Part shown: positions 21,486 through 31,574 of the stretch, one piece after another
Layout: the number at the start of each line of letters is the position of its first letter
How positions within the stretch are numbered: the first letter of the stretch is position 1
Source: Candidatus Latescibacterota bacterium
GTDB lineage: Bacteria; Latescibacterota; UBA2968; UBA8231
NCBI GenBank assembly: GCA_965243025.1
Contig: CBDETY010000003.1
Location: forward strand, 3,392,001-3,456,000
Direction: 5' to 3'
DNA: 64,000 bases
Translations under genes and position numbers: made by a program
Notes under the pieces: generated by a model
Seen by the model: only the letters and a program-made list of their open reading frames with translations
What the model was told of the DNA's origin: nothing
Database searches by the model: none

Positions 21486-21887
21486 TCAACCCTGGTCGGA
21501 TACCCCCAGCAGGCTCCGGACCTCTGACAGCAACGCCTTCACGAGCGCTGACGCGTCGTCCATTTCAATACCATCGGCATCGTCCGGCGCCGCTTCGTAC
21601 CGGAACTCCACGGCATACGGCGTGAGATCCGCCAAACCCTCAAATAGTTCGACGGCAACGCCGCGATCCGAAAGAAAACCAAGCAACGTTCCGAGGTTGT
21701 GAGTCAGGGGGTACGTTTCGCCGAGCGCCGCCAACCAGGCTTTCATGCCCTTCTCGGCGGCCTGCTGCAGGTGGAATCCAATGGACTCGATCGGAGCGTC
21801 CGCGGTCATGCTGCGGACAGTCGTCAGGTCGCGATCAGCGGCCGCAAACAGCACCGCCGCACACTTAAGGTCGGGCGTTCCGGTCAT
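21486..21887 (-). CDS. HEPN domain protein (HEPN-MNT pair)
   Basis: FHLQQAAEK.MKA, YPLTHNL, LTPYAVEFRY; start taken at MTGTPDL, overlapping the MNT gene. Confidence 0.88.
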   Translation of the reverse strand: MTGTPDLKCAAVLFAAADRDLTTVRSMTADAPIESIGFHLQQAAEKGMKAWLAALGETYPLTHNLGTLLGFLSDRGVAVELFEGLADLTPYAVEFRYEAAPDDADGIEMDDASALVKALLSEVRSLLGVSDQG

Positions 21888-22218
21888 AGAGAACCTTCCC
21901 TTCGCGCAGGCCCCGCGCCAGGACGTGGTTGAGCGAGTCCCGCCAGTAGTCCACATCCTCCCGGGAATAGACCAACACCTCGGCGGCGACGCGAAATCCG
22001 GCCAGTGCCCGATACAGCCTGGACAGTTCCTTGTGCCGGCTCCGATCCGGACCAAAGGGTTCTGTTTCCACGACGATCAGGTCGATGTCGGAGTCCTCGC
22101 GCTCCTCCCCGCGGGCGCGAGACCCGAACAGGATCACCTGTTCGGGGTTCACCTCGTCCACGAGGGCTTTCACCATCCCGTCGATGAGTTCGTCGGTCAC
22201 TGGTGTTTTCGCCGGCAT
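21865..22218 (-). CDS. Minimal nucleotidyltransferase (MNT)
   Basis: LFGSRARG....SDIDLIV motif. Confidence 0.92.
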   Translation of the reverse strand: MPAKTPVTDELIDGMVKALVDEVNPEQVILFGSRARGEEREDSDIDLIVVETEPFGPDRSRHKELSRLYRALAGFRVAAEVLVYSREDVDYWRDSLNHVLARGLREGKVLYDRNARP

Positions 22219-22486
22219 CGTGGATCTACCCCCTTTTGTGATCCAGGTGGCAGGGTATGATTACAGTTGTACGCTTTGGAATATGCATTTGTTAAAAAAT
22301 GAAGCCCAGTTCTGGACCCGGGGTCAAAGCGCTCAAACGCCCGCAGGGGTCGGGTAAGGGCTCCCTGAGGACCTGAGTACAGAGTAGCCGTCGGAAACGC
22401 CCTGGCGATCTCCGCCTCGGTCGTCTCCTGACCCCTTCTGGCATCGGGTCCCCCTTACCCTGCTGACGAATCACCCCGAGCGATCC

Positions 22487-22549
22487 TTGACGTTTTCACT
22501 AATAATCCCATATTCACCGCATGCTGAAAAATGCGAAATCAGTGAAAAC
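22487..22549 (+). promoter_or_regulatory. Promoter and inverted-repeat operator of the AbiE-like operon
   Basis: TTGACG-16-CATATT; GTTTTCACT (22492-22500) and AGTGAAAAC (22541-22549) form an inverted repeat. Confidence 0.55.
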
Positions 22550-23630
22550 CATGGAAGTCCAGGCCGTGGACGCGGTTCGAGACCTTCTTGAGGATGTGCC
22601 GCACGTGGAGGTCGATTCAATCGAGTACGAACGAATGGTCGGGGGTGACTACGGTGTGGATGGGCTGATTGGAATCAGATACGCTGGTAAGGGCTATGCG
22701 CTGGTCATCGAAGTGAGGTCGAACGGAGCTCCCCGCCATGTCCGTTCCGGGGTCTACCTGCTCGAGAGCTGTGTTGGCCGTTTGCGCAGATCCGGTGAAG
22801 CGATTGGGGGCCGGCGCCTGATTCCAATTCTTGTCACCCCCTATCTGTCCCCGGAGTCGCGGGCGATCTGCAGGGATCACGATGTCGCCTACCTCGATCT
22901 TGTCGGAAACGCACAGCTCGCTTTCGACGCCGTCTACATCGAGCGCGCCGTCGCTGACAAGCCGAAGTCCGAGACCCGCGCCCTCCGGTCCATCTTCACC
23001 CCGAAGGCGGCAGCCATCCTGCGCGTCCTGCTGCGCGACCCGGACCGCGCGTGGCGTGTCACCGAGCTGGCCGCACAGGCCAATGCGAGCTATGGCCATG
23101 TGAGCAATGTCCGCAAAGCCCTGCTGGAACGGGAATGGCTCGAGGTCCGGGATGACGGCGCCGTTCTCATCCAGCCCGGCGCACTGCTGGAAACGTGGCG
23201 CGCCGGTTATAGTCGCCCTGCCGGTCGTTCCATTGCCGGATACACGCATCTGCACGGAAAGCAGCTTGACGAGCGGCTGCGGGGAGAGCTCAACCCGCAT
23301 GCCGAGCGCCCGCGCGCAATCTACTCGTTGAACTCCGCGGCGCAGTGGTTCGCCCCCTTCACCCGGACCGGCACGCAAACCTTCTATACCGACGAGCCCG
23401 GTGCCGGGGTGCTGAAGGAGAGGTTGGAACTGACCCCCGCCGCAAGGGGATCGAATGTGGTTCTCCACGTCCCGACGGATGAAAGCCTGTTCGACGACGC
23501 GAGCGAGCCTAGGCCGAGCGTGTTCTGTACCAGTCCGATCGTGACCTATCTCGATCTGTGGGCCGGCAATGAGCGTGAGCGCGAGGCTGCGGAACATCTC
23601 GCAGGTGAGTTCTTCCCATGGATGAAATAG
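22521..23630 (+). CDS. AbiEi-like (type IV TA) antitoxin/transcriptional regulator
   Basis: TPYLSP...C....VAYLDLVGN, winged HTH (WRVTELA...SYGHVSNV), LLETWR, SPIVTYLDL...ER.REAAEHL. Confidence 0.75.
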   Translation: MLKNAKSVKTMEVQAVDAVRDLLEDVPHVEVDSIEYERMVGGDYGVDGLIGIRYAGKGYALVIEVRSNGAPRHVRSGVYLLESCVGRLRRSGEAIGGRRLIPILVTPYLSPESRAICRDHDVAYLDLVGNAQLAFDAVYIERAVADKPKSETRALRSIFTPKAAAILRVLLRDPDRAWRVTELAAQANASYGHVSNVRKALLEREWLEVRDDGAVLIQPGALLETWRAGYSRPAGRSIAGYTHLHGKQLDERLRGELNPHAERPRAIYSLNSAAQWFAPFTRTGTQTFYTDEPGAGVLKERLELTPAARGSNVVLHVPTDESLFDDASEPRPSVFCTSPIVTYLDLWAGNEREREAAEHLAGEFFPWMK

Positions 23631-24156
23631 AGCCGCAATTCGCCTCCGACTACGACGACCGCACTACCGTCGCCGTCAAATCCGTGTTGGTCGAGATCGG
23701 CCAAATCCTCGGAAGTTATCATGGCAAGTTCGCGGTGGTCGGTGGAGCCGTTCCCTGGCTGCTTCTGAGCGAAGCCGATATATGCCCGACGGCGGGGGCA
23801 ACCGCGTTCAAATCGCCGTCGCGTCCATTCCCGCCCTGCTGGCCATGAAGGGGTATGCAATCGCGAATCGGACCAAGCGAAAGGATGCCTACGACATCTA
23901 TTACTGCGTCCGCAACTTCCCGGGCGGCGTCGACGCCCTGGTCGCGGAGACCAAGCCGCTGCTCGAGGTCGAGACGGCGAGCAAGGGCTATCTCCAAATC
24001 TCGGAGAAGTTCCGGGACGTGAACGATTTCGGGCCCACCAGCGTGCGGCAGTTCGTCGAAGGATCCGACGTGCCCGGAGAGCTTACCGCCGACCAATGGC
24101 AGCAGGACGCCTTCGGTCAGGTAAATGCCTGGCTCTCGGGGCCAGGCTTGGGGTGA
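23618..24156 (+). pseudogene. AbiEii-like nucleotidyltransferase toxin, internally deleted and frameshifted
   Basis: N-terminal VVGGAVPWLL is joined out of frame at ~23780 to LLAMKGYA...KRKDAYDIYY; the catalytic DxD segment is missing. Confidence 0.75.
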
Positions 24157-24159
24157 TCC

Positions 24160-25059
24160 ATGGCCGCCTCGTCCCATTCCAGGATCCGCTCCCTGGACAT
24201 ACCGATCATCGACAAGGTGTTCGACATGGAAGGCGGCTACGTTCTCAATTTCACCAATCTGACCTTCGCAGAGTTCTTTCGAGAGGAACTCGGCGTCGAT
24301 ATCGACATTCCACGTTGGGCAGTTCGGGGCGGGAGCAAGGCAAAGCGACTGCGCTTTTTCTTGCGCCAGGCAGACCGTCAATCGGCGCTCGATACCCTGA
24401 ATGCGTTGTGGGAATACCGCGGGGCGAGCAGCATCACTACGGACTATCCGGAACTCGACGATTCGGTACTCACCGCTTACTACCGCATCATCGAACGTCT
24501 CGGGGGCAACCCCCCGGAACCGGTGTCGCCCACAGCCGCGCATCGCAAACCACGAATTGACGAGGCCGCAACCTCTGCGCTCGCATCCCGCCTGGTCGAG
24601 GTTTCAAAAATGGATCCACAGCCGCGCGGCTATGCCTTCGAGAGGTTCCTGAAGGACTTTTTCGACGCCTATGGGTTGTCCGCGCGCGCATCCTTCCGGC
24701 TCACCGGAGAGCAGATCGACGGCAGTTTCATCCTTGGGGAGCAGACCTATTTGCTTGAGGCGAGATGGAGAAATGAAAAGGTCAACGTCGAAACGCTTCG
24801 TGCCTTCAACGCAAAGGTTGAGGACAAGGCAAGCTGGTCCCGCGGCCTGATCATCAGCCAGAGCGGTTTCACAACCGAGGGGCTGGAGGCTTTCGGGAGG
24901 GGCAAGAGCGTTGTATGCATGGATGGATTGGATCTGCATGAAGTCCTGTCAGGCAGGCTTGATCTGGCTGAGGTAATCGCCCTTAAAGTCAGGCGTGCGG
25001 CAGAAACCGGCGTGGCTTTCGTGCACGTACGCGATCTCAATGTATTGCCTGTCGTGTGA
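24160..25059 (+). CDS. Mrr-like restriction endonuclease with Abi-type N-terminal domain
   Basis: N-terminal GGYVLNF...SKAKRLR; C-terminal RGYAFE...EQIDG...LLEARW...SGFT. Confidence 0.8.
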   Translation: MAASSHSRIRSLDIPIIDKVFDMEGGYVLNFTNLTFAEFFREELGVDIDIPRWAVRGGSKAKRLRFFLRQADRQSALDTLNALWEYRGASSITTDYPELDDSVLTAYYRIIERLGGNPPEPVSPTAAHRKPRIDEAATSALASRLVEVSKMDPQPRGYAFERFLKDFFDAYGLSARASFRLTGEQIDGSFILGEQTYLLEARWRNEKVNVETLRAFNAKVEDKASWSRGLIISQSGFTTEGLEAFGRGKSVVCMDGLDLHEVLSGRLDLAEVIALKVRRAAETGVAFVHVRDLNVLPVV

Positions 25060-25253
25060 ACTTTAGCAAAGCTCCCTTGAACAACGAGCTTGGCCCGCCT
25101 CCGGGTCCGTGAAGAACACCCAGGGAGGTTGAATCGGTATTCGCGGCGACTATTCCCCAGGTGTCCCACACCGGCGGCGCATTCGCTTATCTCGGCGGCA
25201 CACACCGGTGAGACCAGCGGGCCCGCTACGGAAGATCAAGTCGGGTTTTCTCA

Positions 25254-28200
25254 TTGCACTCCCACTTCTGCCTGAATGAGCCCTACCCGGACCCCATGGT
25301 CCCAGACCTGTCCAGCACCTCCCTACCCTGGTACCAGCGGGTCCGTCGGTCCCGCCCCGAGGGAAGCGCGGCATCTGAGTGCATCGACGCCGCCTTCGGG
25401 CGGCACGCAGGCAAGACTCCGGACCGGGCAATCCTCGTCGATGAGAGCCGCTACCTGACCTACGGGGAGCTGAGCTCCGGCATCGAGGCACGCGCCGCGG
25501 CCCTGCTGGAACGCTGCCAGGGTGGACCGCCACAGTCAGGTGTCGGCGTCCTGCTGGAGAACGACGCCGAGAAGGTCGTCACCTACTTCGCCTGCCTGAA
25601 GGCGGGGCTCCCCTACGTCCCCCTCGAACCGTCACCCGCGATTCTTGAGCAGGTGCTGACGCGCGCTCCCCTCGGTGTGCTGGTGAGCTCCCGGCGGTTC
25701 GCCCCGGTCCTGGCTGCCTCTCTCCCGGAAGACCTGCCCAGGACCTGGATCGAAGAGGAGGCGCCCCGGGAAAGCGCCGGTGCACCCTTTCCCGAGCCCG
25801 ACCCGCTGCGGACCGCCCACCTCGCCTTCACCTCGGGCACGCGGACGGGTATCCCCCGAATGGTCGCCACCGATCACGTGGGGTCGATGCTCTCGCACGC
25901 CTGGCGCTGCCGGCTCTGGCCGTTCGACCCGGCGAGGGACGTGGTGGGCTGCAACATCTTCGGCATCTGGGACGTGGTCCCGGCGCTGTGCCGGGGCGTG
26001 CCGGCCGTGCTGATTCCCGACGGGACCATGCGGGACCCGTTCGCCCTGGCCTCCGCCATCGTCCGCTTCGGTATCACGCGGATCATGATGACCCCGACCC
26101 TGCTGGGCGCCTGCCTCGACTGCGCCGAAGGCATCGAGGCGCTGCGGCGTCTGCGGCTGCTCGTTCTCTGCGGCGAGACCGCGGCGCCGGCCATCGTGCA
26201 GCGTGCCTGGGAAGCCCTGCCCGGGGTGCGCGTTGCCAATCTCTACTCGACGGCGGAATGCCACGATATCGCCGGGGGCGTGCTCATGCCCGGAAAAGCG
26301 GTCACCTGCGGGGTGGTCGCCGACTTCGCCGAGGTGCACCTGTGCGACCCGGACGACTCCCATCGCCTCGTGGAGGTGGGCAGCCCCGGCAGGGTCCTGG
26401 TGGGAGGCAGCGCCCTGGCGCGGGCAGTCCACGGCGCTGACGGGGACGGCGGCGGCTTTGTCGAGGTGGATCTGCCCGCTCCGGGCGGGGGCTGCCGCCG
26501 TACCCGGGTCTGGGATACCGGAGACCTCGGGGTGTTCCATCCCGGGGGCGAGCTCGAGATCCTGGGGCGTTGCGACAGCGGCCTCAAGATCCGCGGTTCC
26601 TGGGTGGAGCCCGGGGAGATCGAGGGGGCCCTCGAGCAGCACCCGCTCGTCCGGCGGGCCTGCGTCACGGCGGAGACCGACTCTCAGGGCCAGACGGAGC
26701 TGGTGGCTTACGTCGTCCCTGGGCAGGAGGGCCAGCACGCAGCAACGCTTGCCGGCCGGCTGCGGGATTTCGCCGCTTCCCGGCTGCCGCCGCAAAGCGT
26801 GCCGGGGAGGTTCGTCCCTGTGGGCGAGCTGCCGCTCCTGCCTTCCGGGAAGGTCGACCGGCGGCAGTTGCGGCTGGCGGAATCGGCCTCGGCAGTATCT
26901 CCGGTGAAAGCGCGGTCAGAGCCGGGCAATCTGCGGGAGCAGGTGCTCGCCGCTTTCAGGGAAGCCCTCGATGATCCGGAAATCGGCCCGGGTGACGACT
27001 TCGAGGCGAGCGGCGGCCACTCCCTCCGGGCGATCAGGCTCTGCGGGATTCTGCACGACGCGACCGGGCGGCGCGTGGCGGTCGGCGACCTCTACCGGCA
27101 CCCCACTCCATCAGGCCTGGCCCGCTTCCTGCGGGAACAGAAAGGGCTTCACCTGCCTCCCAAGTGGAGCCCGCCCGAGCTGGAGATCGAAACGCCTGTG
27201 GCGGAGCTCCCGGAACCGCGGACTCCTCCGCGGACCGTCCTGGTGACCGGGGCGACCGGCTTCCTTGGGGCGGCCCTGATGGACGCGCTGCTGCGGACGA
27301 CTTCCGTCGACGTGGTTGCCCTGGTCCGGGCCGGGGACAGCAGCGGTTCGCGGAGGCGCCTGGAAGAGGCGCTGGACCGGCATGGGAGGGCCGGCTTGCT
27401 CCTGCGGAACCCGGACCCGGCCTCGCATGAAATCACGGGGGATCACGAGAGAGCCGGCCCCGGGCCGGGGGGCAGTGAAGGGGGTGCTGAGCATCTACAG
27501 GAAATCCAGGAGGACATGCCGAAACCCGGGTCCGTGAACGAGGGCAATGGGGCTTTTCAAAGCGGCAAGCCGAAATCCCCGTCCGAGGCGACGGGCCCGG
27601 AAACGCATGCAAGGCATCCGCAGGAATTACCCGGAGACGCCCGGAAATCCCCTCACGGACCGGCCAGCCCGGGAAGCGGCGGGGAACGCCTGGAGACGAT
27701 TCCGGGGGACCTGTCGAAACCGCTGATGGGGCTCTCCCCCGAGGCTTTCGCCGCCCTGGCCGAAAAAATCGACGCCACCTTCCACCTCGCCGCCGACCTC
27801 GACGTCTTCGCATCCTACGCGGACCTCGAGCCCGCCAACGTCGGCGGCACCCGGGAAGTCCTGCGGCTCGCCTTCCAGGCAGGCGTTCCCGTCCATTGCG
27901 TCTCCTCGAGCGCGGTCTTCCCCCTGGGGACCTCCTGGCCGGAGGACACCTTCGGCCTGGACGCCATGCGCCCGCTGGCCGCGGACCTCGAAGCTTCGGG
28001 CGCCGACGGCTACTCCCTCTCCAAGTTCGCCGCCGAGCTGCTCGTCTGGGCGGCCTTCGAGCGGGGGCTGCCGGTATCCGTCGTGCGCATCCCCCACCTC
28101 ATCGGCCCCTACGCAAGCGAAAACAACGAACCCCGCGACCGCCTGACGGCAGCGGTGCGGGCCCTGGCGACCGCGGGGGTATTCCCCGAGGGGGACTGGA

Positions 28201-28589
28201 CCTGGCAGTTCGCTCCGGTGGAAGCGGTCTGCCGGGAGCTGCTTTCCCTGCTGGAGACAGGGCCGTCGAGGGACAGGCCGGTGCGCCATCTTTCGCTGGA
28301 GCCGCTGGGATCCGCCCAGATCCTGGACGGCCTGAGCAGCCTCGGGGTCGAGCCCGACCTCCTGCCGGCGCCGGCGCTGGCCAGCGCCCTGATGGCTGCC
28401 GCCCGGCCCCAAGCCGACCGGGAAACCCCGCCGGACGGTCCGGGATACCGGGCGGTATGCGCCGCGGCGCAACTCGTTCTCCAGTACGGCCCCCACGCCG
28501 CGCTGAACCTCTCAGATGCGCAGCTCCTCACGCCGAAGCCGATCCCCGGAGATCCCGCGGCCGTATTCCTCGCAGCCCTCGGCCAATAG
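25254..28589 (+). CDS. NRPS-like adenylation-thiolation-reductase (A-T-R) enzyme, ATRR-like
   Basis: FTSG, TGDLG, GR.D..LKIRG, LPSGKVDR; carrier GGHSL; reductase VTGATGFLG and GYSLSK. Start may be the ATG at 25296. Confidence 0.88.
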   Translation: MHSHFCLNEPYPDPMVPDLSSTSLPWYQRVRRSRPEGSAASECIDAAFGRHAGKTPDRAILVDESRYLTYGELSSGIEARAAALLERCQGGPPQSGVGVLLENDAEKVVTYFACLKAGLPYVPLEPSPAILEQVLTRAPLGVLVSSRRFAPVLAASLPEDLPRTWIEEEAPRESAGAPFPEPDPLRTAHLAFTSGTRTGIPRMVATDHVGSMLSHAWRCRLWPFDPARDVVGCNIFGIWDVVPALCRGVPAVLIPDGTMRDPFALASAIVRFGITRIMMTPTLLGACLDCAEGIEALRRLRLLVLCGETAAPAIVQRAWEALPGVRVANLYSTAECHDIAGGVLMPGKAVTCGVVADFAEVHLCDPDDSHRLVEVGSPGRVLVGGSALARAVHGADGDGGGFVEVDLPAPGGGCRRTRVWDTGDLGVFHPGGELEILGRCDSGLKIRGSWVEPGEIEGALEQHPLVRRACVTAETDSQGQTELVAYVVPGQEGQHAATLAGRLRDFAASRLPPQSVPGRFVPVGELPLLPSGKVDRRQLRLAESASAVSPVKARSEPGNLREQVLAAFREALDDPEIGPGDDFEASGGHSLRAIRLCGILHDATGRRVAVGDLYRHPTPSGLARFLREQKGLHLPPKWSPPELEIETPVAELPEPRTPPRTVLVTGATGFLGAALMDALLRTTSVDVVALVRAGDSSGSRRRLEEALDRHGRAGLLLRNPDPASHEITGDHERAGPGPGGSEGGAEHLQEIQEDMPKPGSVNEGNGAFQSGKPKSPSEATGPETHARHPQELPGDARKSPHGPASPGSGGERLETIPGDLSKPLMGLSPEAFAALAEKIDATFHLAADLDVFASYADLEPANVGGTREVLRLAFQAGVPVHCVSSSAVFPLGTSWPEDTFGLDAMRPLAADLEASGADGYSLSKFAAELLVWAAFERGLPVSVVRIPHLIGPYASENNEPRDRLTAAVRALATAGVFPEGDWTWQFAPVEAVCRELLSLLETGPSRDRPVRHLSLEPLGSAQILDGLSSLGVEPDLLPAPALASALMAAARPQADRETPPDGPGYRAVCAAAQLVLQYGPHAALNLSDAQLLTPKPIPGDPAAVFLAALGQ

Positions 28590-29269
28590 TTCGGTGGCAA
28601 TCCCTGCGGCCCGGTGAAATGATTGGAGTTGCTGGGGCCGCCCTCGCCATCGCGCCCGGGCCGGGAAATCACCGACCGTATTTTCCCAGGGCCTCGGCAA
28701 TCTGTGCTGCCGACATCCCGTATTCCCCGGGAACGGGTGAAGAAGACTTGGAACGCTCAGGGGGCCTTGCCGCACCCGGGCATGGGAAATCTTCGCCCTG
28801 CGTCCTGCGCGCGCCTCGGTGATTTGCCCGGCCGACATCCCGCATCTCCTGCGGCCGAGTGAAGTCATCCGGCTGCCCCGCCCTTGCGACCACGCCCGGG
28901 CCCCGGAAAAACCGCACCGAATTATCCCGCAGCCCTCGCCAATCAGTCAGGCGGAAAATCTGCCTGACCGGACAACCGTTTCCTCGAAGCCCGTTGAACA
29001 ACCAGCCGGGGATTCGACCCGCTCTCTGCATGCGACCCTTCCTGAAGATCCGGCCCATATATTCGCCCAGCCTTCCATGCCGGCCCCTGACCTTCGCACA
29101 CGACCGTTAGCGCTGCGAGATCCGCTGCACTCTCTTTACGGATAACCAGCGCCCGTAACCAGCGCCCGCCCCCGACAACACCGGAGCCACCCTCCCACCC
29201 GCGAACCGGCCGTTACCACGCCATTCTCCGCGCAACCCTCGGCAACCCCGACAAAAAGGAGCTGAAGCG

Positions 29270-30409
29270 ATGATCAAGTCCGTCCTCTTCCGGGAAGACA
29301 ACGTGTACAAGGCCTTCCCCGACCTCGTCGAGTGCGGCGACGGCACCTGGGTGTGCATCTACCGGGAGAGCCTCGGCCACACCGCCCTCCCGTTCGGACG
29401 CATCGCCTGCCACCTCAGCCACGACGGCGGCCGCACCTGGAGCGACAAGGCCGTCGTCGACGAGGTGACCGACCCGGAGACCGAAGGCCGGCTCAACAAC
29501 CCGCGCCTGCTCGCCCTCGACGGCTCCGAGCTGCTGATCATCTGCGACCTGCTGCCCCGTCTCGAGCCGGAGGAACACCCCGACTCCGAGATCTTCATCT
29601 ACCGCTCGACCGACTCGGGGCGCACCTGGTCCGGGCGCGCCTCGACCGGGATCAGGGGCCACATCTGCCCCTGCATCTTCCGCACCCGGGCCGGCGAAAT
29701 CATCATCGGCGGCGACCGCGTCGGAGCCCGCGACGACCCGGACGCGGTCTGGCTGCACAACGCCTTCACCTCGACCGACGGCGGACGCACCTGGGGGCCG
29801 GCGGTCCACGTCTGCTCCGACCCGGAGCTGTGGCTCAACGAGGGGACCTACGTCGAGCTCGACGACGGCACCCTGGTCTGCTACCTGCGCGAGGACCTGA
29901 AGCGCGCCATCGGTTACAAGGCGATTTCGCGGGACCGCGGCAGGACCTGGTCCGGCCCCTTTCCCACCTTCCTGACCTGCTGCGTCGGCAGGCCGCGGGC
30001 CGGCATCCTGCGCAGCGGCGAGGTCGCCATCGTCCACGGGTTCCAGCGCCTGACGCCGCCGCGCAACCTCGTGCTCCACGTCGAGACCCAGGAGATCGCC
30101 GCCGACCCGGACTGCGCCGCCAACCGCGCCCGCCAGGCCGGCCACCGGTATTTCTTCATCGACCACGACCGCAGCATCCACTGCGACGGCGCCTACTCCG
30201 GGTGGGTGCAGAGGCCCTCCGGGGACCTGTTCGTCGTGCAGTACATCAACGACGACGGGCCGTACGCCCACATCCGCGGCTACGAGATCGGCCGCTCCGA
30301 CTGGATCCTCTGTCCCGAGGGGGACCTTCTACTGGAGCCGCCGCGCTGGCCGGGTTACACCGACAGGGCCGCGGAGGCGAGCGGGGAGTTGTATGGAAAG
30401 GGGGGATGA
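29270..30409 (+). CDS. Sialidase-like BNR/Asp-box protein
   Basis: AFP start motif; four Asp-boxes (SHDGGRTW, STDSGRTW, STDGGRTW, SRDRGRTW). Confidence 0.85.
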   Translation: MIKSVLFREDNVYKAFPDLVECGDGTWVCIYRESLGHTALPFGRIACHLSHDGGRTWSDKAVVDEVTDPETEGRLNNPRLLALDGSELLIICDLLPRLEPEEHPDSEIFIYRSTDSGRTWSGRASTGIRGHICPCIFRTRAGEIIIGGDRVGARDDPDAVWLHNAFTSTDGGRTWGPAVHVCSDPELWLNEGTYVELDDGTLVCYLREDLKRAIGYKAISRDRGRTWSGPFPTFLTCCVGRPRAGILRSGEVAIVHGFQRLTPPRNLVLHVETQEIAADPDCAANRARQAGHRYFFIDHDRSIHCDGAYSGWVQRPSGDLFVVQYINDDGPYAHIRGYEIGRSDWILCPEGDLLLEPPRWPGYTDRAAEASGELYGKGG

Positions 30410-30653
30410 TTTGGGGCGGTCCAGGGCAGGTCAGCTGCCGCCGCCGCTTCGCCGCCATTGCTTTCGCTTTTTCCGCGGCTTCCGACCCGGGCGGCCGGTG
30501 GTACGGAGCATTATGCGGGACCCCTGGTTCATTTTGTACCGCGGGAATTGCCGGGACCGCCCTGGGCAAGTCAGCTCCGCAGCGGCTGACGGTAAAGCTT
30601 CGAAAGGACGAGGCTGACGGGTGGCGCCCAACCGATCACCGCGCCCGAGGGAC

Positions 30654-30825
30654 CCCTGACTACCCTTCCCCGCCAGCAATCACTCCGCCGGGGCACGGGG
30701 TTGTCGGCAGTCGCCGCCGCGACGTGAAAGTGGATGGGCATCTTTGCGGAAAGGTCAGCGAGGCCCCGCCTCAATCCGTTAGAAGCAGGGCTGCAACCGG
30801 CTCCCCTGACTACCCTTCCCCGCCC
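30654..30825 (+). repeat. Two direct copies of CCCCTGACTACCCTTCCCCGCC, 150 bp apart
   Basis: Copies at ~30654 and ~30804 in a 500-bp intergenic region. Confidence 0.75.
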
Positions 30826-30924
30826 GATCACCCGCTGGGCTTGGGTTGCCCGGAGATTCCCCGGCAGTCCCGGCGACGACGGAGGTAAGCTGAAAGGAAG
30901 GTTTTGCGGCTTGACGCGGTCGCC

Positions 30925-31572
30925 CTACCCGATCCCGAGCGCCGCAAGAACCGCCTGCCAGTCGCGGCAGCGGGTGATCAGCGGATGGGCGTCGGCTTCC
31001 GGGTCGCGGTTCCAGGGGCGGTCCATCAGCAGCACCGGGGTGCGCATGCTCCCGGCCAGTATGCGCGCCATCCCGAGGTGATCCTCGACCGCGGCGCGGA
31101 ACTTCATTGCAGCCAGCTCCTCCAGCGACAGCAGCCCGGCCGGGTCGACGGGAAAGGCCTCCTCCTGCTGCATTTTCCCGTACTTGTCGACGAACAGCAG
31201 CTCGTCGTGCGGCACCCCGCGGTCGGCGAGCCAGGCCCGGGTCAGCTCTCTCGAAGCGGCCGGCCTGCCGGTGACCACCCAGACCTCGATGCCGCGGGCG
31301 CGGCAGGCGGCCAGGCTCTCGACCGCCCCCTCCCGAAGCGCCACGCCTGACAGCACGTCCGCCTCGTTGGAGCGCCGGTAGAAATCCGCGGTTTCCTCCG
31401 CGTCCATGCCGAATACGGCGTCGAGATCGAAGGAGGTCACCTCCTCGAAGGGGACCCTCAGGCCGTACTCCTGCTCGGCCATGACCAGCAGCCGCTGCGC
31501 GGTCTCGCCGATGACGTCGTCGAGGTCTACGTAGAGTCTGTCGGGAAGGGTAATCGGTTTGTTATCTTGCAT
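30925..31572 (-). CDS. HAD 5'(3')-nucleotidase-like (NT5C type)
   Basis: VDLDDV, VVTGR, VEDH, DRPWN. Confidence 0.8.
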   Translation of the reverse strand: MQDNKPITLPDRLYVDLDDVIGETAQRLLVMAEQEYGLRVPFEEVTSFDLDAVFGMDAEETADFYRRSNEADVLSGVALREGAVESLAACRARGIEVWVVTGRPAASRELTRAWLADRGVPHDELLFVDKYGKMQQEEAFPVDPAGLLSLEELAAMKFRAAVEDHLGMARILAGSMRTPVLLMDRPWNRDPEADAHPLITRCRDWQAVLAALGIG

Positions 31573-31574
31573 TC

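Noticed and set aside
28590-29260. Short ORFs and a GCCGACATCCCG repeat in a long intergenic gap
   Set aside because: No recognisable protein, terminal repeats or convincing structure.
30654-30825. Possible CRISPR array
   Set aside because: Only two repeats, 150 bp apart, and no cas genes; the 29-bp tandem at 41239 has no spacer either.
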